Assembly: GCF_000142905.1 (NCBI RefSeq)
Contig: NW_013657667.1
Location: forward strand, 130,801 to 194,800
Direction of reading: 5' to 3'
Source of the DNA: Thecamonas trahens ATCC 50062
Lineage: Eukaryota > Protista > Apusomonadida
DNA: 64,000 bases
Shown: in pieces, positions 30,248 to 39,684 of the stretch
How the letters are laid out: each line of letters opens with the position of its first letter
How positions within the stretch are numbered: position 1 is the stretch's first letter
Translations under genes and position numbers: made by a program
The notes under the pieces: generated by a model
The model's database searches: none
Told to the model about the DNA's origin: nothing
The model's input: the letters and a program-made list of their open reading frames with translations, nothing else

Positions 30248-32164
30248 ATGGCTATGGCCATGGCCATGGCCACACCACTTCCTCCCATGTTGAGACTAGC
30301 TCACTGGCATGGTCTGGTGTCGCTAGCTGGCCGCGCCACCTTTGCTGCGGTGGCTGCTCGAGCCGCTACGGCCACTACGGCCGAGGCTGGTGGTCGTGGT
30401 CGTCGCTCCCGGGGTGGAGCAGAGGCTGTCGCGGGTGAAGGTGTGGACGAAGCAGGTTGCAGCGAGCAGGACAAGGTGACCGAGCCGGTGGTGGTCGAGC
30501 AGAGTGTGGGTGGACCGGGTGGAGCCGCCGGAGTGGGTGCGGCAGAGCACGGCTTGCCGGACCATGTGCGGGTGACGCCGACGACAAGCCGGGCCGGCCA
30601 GTCAGCCTTCCGTAGGTACTGGGACTCGCTGTCGTCGTACATTACGGCGGGAAGGGCGCGGGCGCGGGCGGGCGCAGATGCTGGTACACAAGGGGATGCC
30701 GATACCGGGGCGGGGCAGCGGGAGGGTGGGCCGGTGAGCGATCGCCGCGCGCCCGATGAAGCCGAGATGGCAACGCGGCTGGCGGCGGTGGCATCGGTAG
30801 CGCCGGAGGAGCGCAAAGGCGATCTGCAGGCGCAGGTGGCGGCGCGCGAGCTCGCCGAGGCGTATCACAGCTACGGGGTGGCAGGCAAGGCGTGGTTCCT
30901 TGCCACACTGGCAAGCGAGTACGGCACGTCCGGTTCGCGGGTCTACGACGCCATCACCGGGTGGCGGTCGGCGACCGTGTCTGGGACTGGCCCACGCGAG
31001 GACCGCTACTTTAAGGCTGAGCGTGCGCTGCGCGAGAGCTTGGTTCCGGGCTATGACCGGCTCTTTGCGCTTCTCCGGCAGCAGCCGGGTGGGATGAAGT
31101 TTGTTGTCGATCTTCGGCGCGACGTCCGCTCGCTCCTCCGCGCACCGCCGGAGAAGGCCGGCGGCCTGGTGGCTGCCACCCGCGCCGACCTCGCGGCGCT
31201 CGACAAGTACATGCACTCGGTGCTCTCGTCATGGTTTGCAGTCGGTGCCCTCGACCTCGCGTCGATCACATGGGACACGCCGGCATCGACGCTCGAGAAG
31301 ATCATGGACTACGAGCGTGTCCACCGCATGGATGGATGGGAGGACCTGAAGCAGCGCCTCGGCCCAGGCCGTCGCTGCTACGCCTTTTTCCATCCGGCCA
31401 TGCCCGATGAGCCGCTCATCTTTGTCGAAGTCGCGCTCCTCCGCAGCATGGCGTCGTCGATCCAGGACGTGCTCTCCGAGGTCCCTACCCTCGCCGACGA
31501 AGAGGCCTCGTCGACCGCCATTTTTTACTCCATCTCAGCAACCCAGGCTGGACTGGCCCAGATCGAGCTCGGTAACTTTCTCATCAAGCGTGTGGTCAAT
31601 GCCCTCCTCGCCGAGTCGTCGTCCCCGGCGTACTTTGCCACGCTCTCGCCCATCCCGGGCTTTTCTTCGTGGCTCGCCTCCTCGCACGCTGCCGGCGAGC
31701 TCGAGGCCATGCTCCCGCCGCTCGGTGCCGTCGCGCTGGCCACGCTTGACGAAACACTCGAGGCCGCGCCGCGCTCGCTCGGCGACGCACTCATGGCGCA
31801 CCTCGCCTCGCCCGACTGGCACAAGTCGCCCGCCATCGCCGACGCACTGCAGGCCACGCTTCTCCCACTCTGCGCCCGTTATCTGACCTCGGTCCGGCCG
31901 CCGCGCGCCGGCGAGCCCGCGGCCTCGGCCCTTGACCCCGTCGCCAACTTTCATCTCCGCAACGGCGCCCGCGTCGAGCGAATCAACTGGCTCGGCGACT
32001 CTTCGCCGCGCGGCCTCCGCCAGTCGGCCGGCCTCATGGTCAACTACCGCTACTCGCTCCGCTACATCGACGAGAACAACTACCGCTACGCCAACGAGGG
32101 CGCCATCACCGTCTCGCCGGCCATTGCCGACATCCTTTCCACTGTCACATCATCACCACTGTAG
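30248..32164 (+). CDS. MLYCD: Malonyl-CoA decarboxylase (start could be ATG 30287)
   Basis: GGMKFVVDLR, ITWDTPASTLEKI..YERVH, RRCYAFFHP..EPLIFVEVAL, AIFYSIS..LGNFLIKRVV, TLSPIPGF and DPVANFHLRNGA..SAGLMVNYRY. Confidence 0.95.
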   Translation: MAMAMAMATPLPPMLRLAHWHGLVSLAGRATFAAVAARAATATTAEAGGRGRRSRGGAEAVAGEGVDEAGCSEQDKVTEPVVVEQSVGGPGGAAGVGAAEHGLPDHVRVTPTTSRAGQSAFRRYWDSLSSYITAGRARARAGADAGTQGDADTGAGQREGGPVSDRRAPDEAEMATRLAAVASVAPEERKGDLQAQVAARELAEAYHSYGVAGKAWFLATLASEYGTSGSRVYDAITGWRSATVSGTGPREDRYFKAERALRESLVPGYDRLFALLRQQPGGMKFVVDLRRDVRSLLRAPPEKAGGLVAATRADLAALDKYMHSVLSSWFAVGALDLASITWDTPASTLEKIMDYERVHRMDGWEDLKQRLGPGRRCYAFFHPAMPDEPLIFVEVALLRSMASSIQDVLSEVPTLADEEASSTAIFYSISATQAGLAQIELGNFLIKRVVNALLAESSSPAYFATLSPIPGFSSWLASSHAAGELEAMLPPLGAVALATLDETLEAAPRSLGDALMAHLASPDWHKSPAIADALQATLLPLCARYLTSVRPPRAGEPAASALDPVANFHLRNGARVERINWLGDSSPRGLRQSAGLMVNYRYSLRYIDENNYRYANEGAITVSPAIADILSTVTSSPL

Positions 32165-32416
32165 CCAACACCAGCAACACCACCGCCACCAGTCACACAA
32201 AGCTTGTCGACACTCTCAGCCTCACCCGGTCACTCAAATTTTCAACATTTTTGCAAATCGGCCGCCAACCGCCACCCGCCACCCGCCACCCCCGCACCCC
32301 ACACACTCGGCACCACCCACCACACAACTCTCCCCCCTCCCCCCTCTTCCACCTACCCGGACACCGTTGCCCCTCACTCTCTTTCCCCCTCCCCCTTCTC
32401 TCTCCTGCCGCTCATC

Positions 32417-35400
32417 ATGAACTCGAAGCGGTCTATCGGCTTCCTCTCCGAGCTGGTCTTTGGCGCCACCGAGGCAGAGTCCGAGCCTTGGCCCGAGGCT
32501 GAGCTCTCGTTTGGTGGTGATCTCTCGGTCATTGCGCCCGACACTGTGACGGCTGCTCCTGCCGAGCTCGACGAGCTGCATGGAGCCATTGCCGCCCAGA
32601 TGGAGGCACTCCGTTCCGAGCTCTACGACTCGGCCCCGCTGACCCGCTCGGCCTCGGCCTCGGCCTCGGACTCGGACTCGGGCTCCGAGTCAGAGCCCGA
32701 GTCTGACGACGCCGCGCTCGCTGCCACACCCGACCGCAGCAACCGGCTCCCTGAAGAGGGTGACTACTCGATTGTGTACAAGGGCTGCGAGGCCGACAAG
32801 ATCCAGTTTTTCCGCAATGTGGCGCCTGTCTCTCCGGCGTCCGACGCCTCTTCCGATGTCTCGTCGTCGACGGCCTCCTCGTCCATGGCCTCCTCGCCGT
32901 CGGCCGCAGACTCGGCGTCGTACGGCTACGACTCGGTTGGCCTTGAGGCCTCGATCATGCGCGGCCGCGCGCTCGAACAGCCGCTCGACTCGGATTCGGT
33001 CGCCTCGACCCGGTTCCAGGACGTCGCCCTCGCCCTGCCCGCCTCCCATCCTGCCGACGTCGACGAGACCGAGGAGGAGAGTGAGTCCGACGACGACGCC
33101 GAAGCGTGCGATGGTGATGACGACGTCATGTATCTTCTCTCGCGCGCGTCCAAGCTCCATGCCGCCGTCCGCGACACTGACTTTACGCCGTCCAAGACCA
33201 AGATGCGCGAGAGCCTGCGCTCGCGCCCGGCCTCGCTCCGCAAGGCCCCGCTCGACTTTGCCTCGTCCGACGAGGTCATGGAGTTGCAAATGCTGGAAGA
33301 CGCCGTCTCGCAGCTCTCCAAGGAGGTCAAGACCGCGTCCAAGCGCGAGCAGGAGTCGATCTCGGCCGAGGCCCAGGCCGAAATCACCTCACTCCGTTCG
33401 CAGCTCTTTGAGGCCCGCAAAGACCTCGCCGACCGCCGCAAGTCGCGCGCTGCCCGCAACGAAGAGCTTGTCTCGCTTCGCGCTACAGTCTCCCAGCTCA
33501 AGTCGACCCTCAAGTCGCGCGAGCTCCGCTCGCTCACGGCTGAGATGGAAGCCAAGCAGGGCTGGGTCGGCTCGGTCTCGGGCATGACCGGCTCGGTCTC
33601 CAAGCTCATGCAGACGGCACAGGCCAACATTGCGTCGCTTGAAGAGCAGATCGAGACCGTCAAGAGCCAGAAGGAGCGCGAGAAGCTAGAAATCGTGGTC
33701 GAGCAGATGCGCCTCGAGCGCGAGCGTGCCGATCTCCAAACCCGCATGGAGTCCACGGTTTCCGAGCTTGGCACCAAAAACGCCGAGCTCGCCCGCAAGG
33801 CCGACGAGCTCGAGGCTCGCAACCGCAACCTTGAGCGCCAGCATCTCGAAGTCGAGAAAGAGCTCCGCGAGCAGCTTGCCGACCTTTACACCGAGCGCTC
33901 GCGCGCGCTTGACACCGTCGCCGCCCTCGAGTCCAAGCTCTCCAAGACGTCGCAGGCTTGGGACCTGCAGCGAGTCCGTCTCGAGACGCAAATCACTGAG
34001 CTGCAGACCCAGCTCGAGGTGCTTCGCCTCAAAAAGTCCAACATGGAGCAGGTCTACACCCGCCAGCTGACCGAGACCTCCACCGCAGCCGAGTCGGCCC
34101 AGTCTATGACTCGCGAGCTGCAGGACGAGAACAATGCGCTCGCCGACGCGCTCCTCGCCTCGGCTCGCGACCAGGTCATCAAGGCCACCGAGGCTGCCGA
34201 GGCTGTCGCCGAAGTTGAGGCCCTCCGCGCCCAGCTCGCCGCCAAGGAGACCGAGCTTGTTGCCCAGATTGCCGCCCTTGAGGCCCAGCTTCAGTCTGCC
34301 GACAACGCCATTGTCCGCCTCGAGTCGCAGGCGTCTTCCGCCCAGAACGAGGCCTCGGCCACCATTGCTGAGCTGGAGGCACAGATCACCATGCTCCAAG
34401 AGGCGCTCGACGAGAAGGAGGCCGCCGAGGCCGCGCAGGCCGCGCACATCCGTGCGCTCCTCGCTGAGCTTCAGTGCAACGCCGCCCTTGCCGATCAGCC
34501 GGGCGCCGAGCTGGACGACCAGCTCCTCTCGTCAGCCAAGCACCACATCAAGGTTGCCATGGAGCGGGCCAAGACCGAGCACGCCCTCTCCAAGCGCGAC
34601 CGCATGATCGAGGCGCTCCGCAACCAGCTCGACGAGGTCACCTCGCGCTACGCCACCGAGCGCGCGGTCATCCAGGCTGGTATGGACTCGATGCGCGCCA
34701 CCCTGCTGCAGTACGCCCGCGACGCCGCTGCCGCGCAGAGCGAGCACAAGGCGGAGCTCTCTGAGGCCCTCGAAGCCAAGGCCAAGCTCGAGTCGCACGT
34801 TGAGCACCTCAAGGCCAAGGTCTCGCGGGTCCGCCGCCAGTCGTCGGCGCTCGACGCCTCGAACGCGCTCGACGCCTACCACCAGGTTGTCGCCAAGGAG
34901 CGCATTCATGCCGAGCTTGTTGGCGCCCCGTCGTCGCCGCTCCGCGGCTCGCCCATGCGCAACCGCATGATGGCCGCCCGCGCCGCCGCCGCGCCCGCCA
35001 CGCCCAACAACGAGAACGTCTTTGTCGTCGCCGGCTCGCCAGGCATCCGCACCCCTGCCTCAGCCTCTAAGCGCCATACACCGTCGCGGGCGGCTGCCTC
35101 GCCGCTCACCCCGTCGCAGGCAAACAACCTCGCCTGGTACGACGCCCGCCTCGAGCTGCAGAAGGCCGCCCTGCAGGACGCCATCAACCAGCGCTACGCT
35201 TCGGGCCTTTCGCCGCTCCGCAAGCCGACCCCGTCGCGTGCGCCTGCGTCGTCTGCCTCGTCCTCCTCGTTCTCCTCACTCGCCACCGACTCGGCCGTCA
35301 GCTCGTACTCGCCGGCCTCGACCGCGTCATCGCCGGCTAACAACTCGGCCTCGTACTCGCCATACTCGCCGTACTCGCCGTACTCGCTGGCGTCGTCGTC

Positions 35401-35467
35401 ATACGCCGCAGCCAGCTTTGGTTACGGTCGTCCGCCGTTTGCTCCTCGCATCCTCGGCCAGTGGTGA
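32417..35467 (+). CDS. Long coiled-coil protein with acidic N-terminus and SP/TP-rich C-terminus
   Basis: About 1016-aa ORF with strong GC3 bias and about 550 aa of heptad repeats; no family recognised. Confidence 0.8.
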   Translation: MNSKRSIGFLSELVFGATEAESEPWPEAELSFGGDLSVIAPDTVTAAPAELDELHGAIAAQMEALRSELYDSAPLTRSASASASDSDSGSESEPESDDAALAATPDRSNRLPEEGDYSIVYKGCEADKIQFFRNVAPVSPASDASSDVSSSTASSSMASSPSAADSASYGYDSVGLEASIMRGRALEQPLDSDSVASTRFQDVALALPASHPADVDETEEESESDDDAEACDGDDDVMYLLSRASKLHAAVRDTDFTPSKTKMRESLRSRPASLRKAPLDFASSDEVMELQMLEDAVSQLSKEVKTASKREQESISAEAQAEITSLRSQLFEARKDLADRRKSRAARNEELVSLRATVSQLKSTLKSRELRSLTAEMEAKQGWVGSVSGMTGSVSKLMQTAQANIASLEEQIETVKSQKEREKLEIVVEQMRLERERADLQTRMESTVSELGTKNAELARKADELEARNRNLERQHLEVEKELREQLADLYTERSRALDTVAALESKLSKTSQAWDLQRVRLETQITELQTQLEVLRLKKSNMEQVYTRQLTETSTAAESAQSMTRELQDENNALADALLASARDQVIKATEAAEAVAEVEALRAQLAAKETELVAQIAALEAQLQSADNAIVRLESQASSAQNEASATIAELEAQITMLQEALDEKEAAEAAQAAHIRALLAELQCNAALADQPGAELDDQLLSSAKHHIKVAMERAKTEHALSKRDRMIEALRNQLDEVTSRYATERAVIQAGMDSMRATLLQYARDAAAAQSEHKAELSEALEAKAKLESHVEHLKAKVSRVRRQSSALDASNALDAYHQVVAKERIHAELVGAPSSPLRGSPMRNRMMAARAAAAPATPNNENVFVVAGSPGIRTPASASKRHTPSRAAASPLTPSQANNLAWYDARLELQKAALQDAINQRYASGLSPLRKPTPSRAPASSASSSSFSSLATDSAVSSYSPASTASSPANNSASYSPYSPYSPYSLASSSYAAASFGYGRPPFAPRILGQW

Positions 35468-35688
35468 GGACATCATTGACCACGTGTAAACTCAAACCAT
35501 GCGTATAGGACTGCAATCAGAGGGAAGGGAGGGAGGGGCGAGGGAGGGTTGCGACAGTTAGCTCGCGCCGTAGGCAAAAATATTTCCTGCCAGTCACGTT
35601 GTGGCAATATTGAGATTGGCAGGGAAAAAGCCCCGCACGGCGGGCTCGCTTGCAGAGTCTCACTCGGACCGAGACCGCACTCGACAGC

Positions 35689-38600
35689 ATGCCGCCACAC
35701 CTCGGTGCAGGCACGCTCTTGTGTCTTTTTGCCTTAGCTGTTGCGGCGGCGGCGGTAAGTGTGCCTGCGGCTGAGCTTGCGGCGCTCAACGCGCTCTACG
35801 AGGCCACCAACGGGCCGACCTGGGCCGACTCGCGGGGTTGGAATGATGGCGACGCGTGCGCAGCTGTCGGCGTTACATGTTCAACAAACGTAACAGCCGG
35901 CACTGCCCATGTCGTTGCCATCGAGCTCTCCGGCAACAAGCTCTCCGGCACGCTTCCGGCGAGTGGGTGGGACCTTCCAGAGCTACGCATCCTCGACTTG
36001 TCCGACAACCTTATTGGCGGTACTGTCCCGGTGAGCTGGGGAGAGTCTCTGCAGGCGCTCGAGGAGCTCAACCTAGGCGGCGAGCGACTGCTGAGCCTTG
36101 CCGCCCACGAAGGGCTCGGTCCCAATTATCGTTATTTTACATCCATCAAGGTCTACTCGTCGAACCCTCTCACCGGCACCCTTCCGCCTGAGTGGGGCAA
36201 GCTGAGCAAGTTGGTTATGCTCTCGCTCGCCACCGGCGGAACTGCCCAAGGCGCCGGCTTTGTCGGCAGCATTCCCGACGAGTGGATCGGCATGCGCTCG
36301 CTCGTCTACATCAACATTGCTCACTCGGGCCTTGGTGGCGACGTCCTCGCTCCGGTCCTTGCCCGCATCAATGGCCTTCGCTACGTCAATGCGCGGTTCT
36401 GTGGCTTCAAGTCCATCCCGCGTGAGTTTGTCGGCTCCACCATCTCCCAGCTCGAGCTGACCGGCAATCCCATGTCCGGCTTTGAGTTTCCCACCTGGCT
36501 CTCCGAATGGAGCGCGCTTGAGGAGTTTGCGCTCAACATCTGCAACATCACGGGTACGCTCCCGGCTAGCCTCGGCGAAATGACCCAGCTCACCCGCGTG
36601 GTCATCGGCAGCGCGCCGCACTTGCATGGCGTCATTTCGCCGACATGGGGCAACTTGGTCAACATGCGCGGCCTGTTCATTTACCAGATTGGCCTCACCG
36701 GCACCATTCCGCCCGAGCTCGGTGCATGGACAAAAATCGAGCGGCTGGTCCTCGCCGAGACAGGCCTCACTGGTACCATCCCGCCCGAGCTCGGCCAGAT
36801 GTCGGCCGCGTCGTACGTCCTCCTCAACCGCAACAAGCTCTCGGGTACCCTGCCGCGCGAGCTCGAGCACATGACTGCGCTCGCAGACCTCGCCGTCCAC
36901 TCCAACAATCTGTCTGGCACCATTCCGCCTTCCTGGGGCACCAACATGGTCAACCTCGTCAACCTGCGTGCGTTTGACAATTCCCTCTCCGGTACTCTCC
37001 CGCCCGGCTTTCCGGCGCTGGAAATTGTGGACGTCCACAACAACAACTTGCAAGGCCATCTCGACATTCTCTGCAACAAAGCCAAGCTCGGCATCGTCGA
37101 CGTCTCGTCAAATGGACTCTCATCGTTCCCGGACTGTAAGACCTGTATCGGCGAAGTCGACATCAGCAACAACGCATTTGTCGGCCAGCTGCCCACCATG
37201 GAGCACGTGTCTTGCCTCACCAAGTTGAGTGCTTCCCACAACATGTTCTCCTCCTCGAGTCTGCCAAGCTCCTGGTCGCGCCTCAACACCACGCTCGCCC
37301 ACCTCGACTTGTCGTACAACAATCTCGCCGGTGCTGTCTCAAACTACCTCATCCGCATCAAGTATGGCAACTCGCTCGGGTACATCGACCTCTCCCACAA
37401 CAAGCTATCCGGCCAGATCCAGCAGACTGTATTCTCGCATGTCGACGCTTCGTTCCTTCAAGGCCTCGTCCGGCTGTACGTCAACGACAACAACATTGTT
37501 GGCTCAGTTCCCGGCCTGCTTGAGCGCCTGCCGCTCCTCCACGAGGTCGACCTCTCCAACAACAACTTTACCGGCTCGGCAAGCCCGATGACCGAGGACG
37601 CTATCGCCAATGCTGACCTGCGAGGCAACCCCGGGCTTCGCGAGCCCGACGGCATTTCGCTCCCGGTCAACGTCATCGCCCACTATCCACTGGTCCAGCC
37701 GAGCGTCGAGCTCAACTACCGGTGTCCGACGCTTACCGATACTGTGACCCAGCGGGTCCGGCTTGACCTCGACGCCCACTACTACGGCGCCTCGCTCTGT
37801 GAGTGTCTGCCGGGCTACCATGGGTCGAACGGTGACTGCTTGTCGTGCACCCACCTCGGGCCGGCCGTCACCTGCGAAGGCGGCCAGGTCGTGCTCAACC
37901 AACGCGGCCTTGGGCTGTACGATGTGTACGCCGCCAATGTAACCATCAACCCCAACTACTTTCGGGTCGGCACCGCGCCGTCGGGCGACCCGCTCATCGA
38001 CCCGTGCTACCGGCTCTCGTCGGACGAAACGTCGTGCAACCCGGCCGGGGCCCACCCGGCAGTGTGCGCCGTCGGCTATGAGGACCGACTCTGCTCGCGA
38101 TGCTCGGCCGGGTACTTTCCGCAGGGCCGACGGTGTCGCAAGTGCCCGCGCATCCTGCCCGAGCTCATGGCGGTGGCGTACTCGGTCAGCTTCTGTGTGT
38201 GGTACGCCATCAACCAGACCGGCAGGCGGTCTGCCGTCCTCACGCCGCTCGTCAAGTCACTGTTCATTTTCATGCAGACCTCGGCGCTCATCTTTGCGCG
38301 GTCGTCGGCGTTCTTCTGGCCGTCGTCGATTCTCTCGTTCTTTTCGATCTCGTTTGGCTGGACCGCTGTCTCGACCAACGTCCTCACCTGCCTTGTCTCC
38401 AGCACTGCCGCGTGGGAGACATCGTTTGTCTTTTCGACACTCATTGTTCCTGGTCTGGGCCTCTTTTGTCTGCTCGCCTACGGCCTGCTCGCTTCCATCT
38501 CGCGGTGCACCCGTTCGGGCTTGCTCGGCAAGGACGAGCAGCACTGGCGGTACGGCGGGATCCGGTCCATGCTCGCCATCCTCAACCTCATGTACATGCC

Positions 38601-39621
38601 GATCACCGTCGGCATGCTCATTGTCCTTCCGTGCGAGTCGTCGGCCGACGGCAGAAAATACCTTTGGGCCGCGCCGTGGATCGAGTGCAGCTCGTCGAAC
38701 ACAACTTGGGTCAACCTGGTCGTTGTTGGCTCGGTCTTCTCTGCTCTCTATGGCCTTGGCGTCCCGGTCATGTTCCTCGCCATGATGCGGGCGCGGAGCA
38801 AGACGCTGGAGCGGCTGGCTGCCGCTGGGCTTGTCGAAGTCGACGGCCACTGGCTCCAGTGGTTCTACGCCGGGTACCGCCCAGGCGCGGCGTGGTACGA
38901 GTTTGTCATCATGGGCCGCCGGCTGGCCATTGCGGTTGTCGCGGTCATTCCCTCGTCGTCACCCATTGTGCCGCTCGGGTTTTTCATGACTCTCGTCGTT
39001 GCTCTCTTCATGCACATCTACCGCCAGCCGTTCCTCTACCAGCCGCTCAACCGGCTCGAGCTCCTCACACTCGTTCAGCTCTTCCTCACCTTTGTCATCG
39101 GGCAGATTTTCTCGTCGCGGACCCACGAGAGCTCCCTGCCGTCGTCGTCGATCTACCTCGAAGCGACGGTCGTTGTGAGCAACGCCGGTGTTGTCATTCT
39201 CTATCTCATTGCAATTGTCGTGGCAGTCAAGCGCCGCGTCCGCGCCCGGAAATCACACGGCAAGGCTAGGCGCGCGGACGAGCTGCCGCTCTGCGAAGCG
39301 CCTGCGCTCTCGGCGCCGATCAAGATCCCGCCGCTGCCGCTGCAGACCATCCTCAAGCCCGCGCCACTGGTGCTGCCGCCGCTGCGCGTGCCCGGCCCCA
39401 CGCCAAGCTTGGAAACAATCATCGACGTCGACTCATACTCGTCGTCGGGATGGTACACCGCCACCGGGTCTGAGGAGGAGGAGCAAGCCGAGTGCTACGA
39501 GCCCGAGCCGCCTGCCCTCGAAGCCGAGATTCGGGCCTTTGTTCGCGCGCACAGCGCCGGCGACGAGACCGATGAAGCCCTGGTGGCGTCACTCTTAGCT
39601 GTCTGGAATGCGCCCAAGTAA
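35689..39621 (+). CDS. LRR receptor-like multipass membrane protein (signal peptide, plant-type LRRNT + LRRs, Cys-rich region, 9-10 TM TRP-like domain)
   Basis: ELAALNALYEATNGPTW..GW..C..GVTC cap, repeated LxxNxLSGTIPPEL, CAVGYEDRLCSRCSAGYF, and YAGYRPGAAWYEFVIMGRR and QPF..LNRLE membrane motifs. Confidence 0.85.
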   Translation: MPPHLGAGTLLCLFALAVAAAAVSVPAAELAALNALYEATNGPTWADSRGWNDGDACAAVGVTCSTNVTAGTAHVVAIELSGNKLSGTLPASGWDLPELRILDLSDNLIGGTVPVSWGESLQALEELNLGGERLLSLAAHEGLGPNYRYFTSIKVYSSNPLTGTLPPEWGKLSKLVMLSLATGGTAQGAGFVGSIPDEWIGMRSLVYINIAHSGLGGDVLAPVLARINGLRYVNARFCGFKSIPREFVGSTISQLELTGNPMSGFEFPTWLSEWSALEEFALNICNITGTLPASLGEMTQLTRVVIGSAPHLHGVISPTWGNLVNMRGLFIYQIGLTGTIPPELGAWTKIERLVLAETGLTGTIPPELGQMSAASYVLLNRNKLSGTLPRELEHMTALADLAVHSNNLSGTIPPSWGTNMVNLVNLRAFDNSLSGTLPPGFPALEIVDVHNNNLQGHLDILCNKAKLGIVDVSSNGLSSFPDCKTCIGEVDISNNAFVGQLPTMEHVSCLTKLSASHNMFSSSSLPSSWSRLNTTLAHLDLSYNNLAGAVSNYLIRIKYGNSLGYIDLSHNKLSGQIQQTVFSHVDASFLQGLVRLYVNDNNIVGSVPGLLERLPLLHEVDLSNNNFTGSASPMTEDAIANADLRGNPGLREPDGISLPVNVIAHYPLVQPSVELNYRCPTLTDTVTQRVRLDLDAHYYGASLCECLPGYHGSNGDCLSCTHLGPAVTCEGGQVVLNQRGLGLYDVYAANVTINPNYFRVGTAPSGDPLIDPCYRLSSDETSCNPAGAHPAVCAVGYEDRLCSRCSAGYFPQGRRCRKCPRILPELMAVAYSVSFCVWYAINQTGRRSAVLTPLVKSLFIFMQTSALIFARSSAFFWPSSILSFFSISFGWTAVSTNVLTCLVSSTAAWETSFVFSTLIVPGLGLFCLLAYGLLASISRCTRSGLLGKDEQHWRYGGIRSMLAILNLMYMPITVGMLIVLPCESSADGRKYLWAAPWIECSSSNTTWVNLVVVGSVFSALYGLGVPVMFLAMMRARSKTLERLAAAGLVEVDGHWLQWFYAGYRPGAAWYEFVIMGRRLAIAVVAVIPSSSPIVPLGFFMTLVVALFMHIYRQPFLYQPLNRLELLTLVQLFLTFVIGQIFSSRTHESSLPSSSIYLEATVVVSNAGVVILYLIAIVVAVKRRVRARKSHGKARRADELPLCEAPALSAPIKIPPLPLQTILKPAPLVLPPLRVPGPTPSLETIIDVDSYSSSGWYTATGSEEEEQAECYEPEPPALEAEIRAFVRAHSAGDETDEALVASLLAVWNAPK

Positions 39622-39684
39622 AGAGGACGCAAACGCAAGCGGAGGAGAGGAGGAGGGTACACAAGTTCAATAACGCCGCAGCTC

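Noticed and set aside
32153-32164. C-terminal SPL of malonyl-CoA decarboxylase as a peroxisomal PTS1
   Set aside because: Non-canonical tripeptide without basic upstream context; too weak to call.
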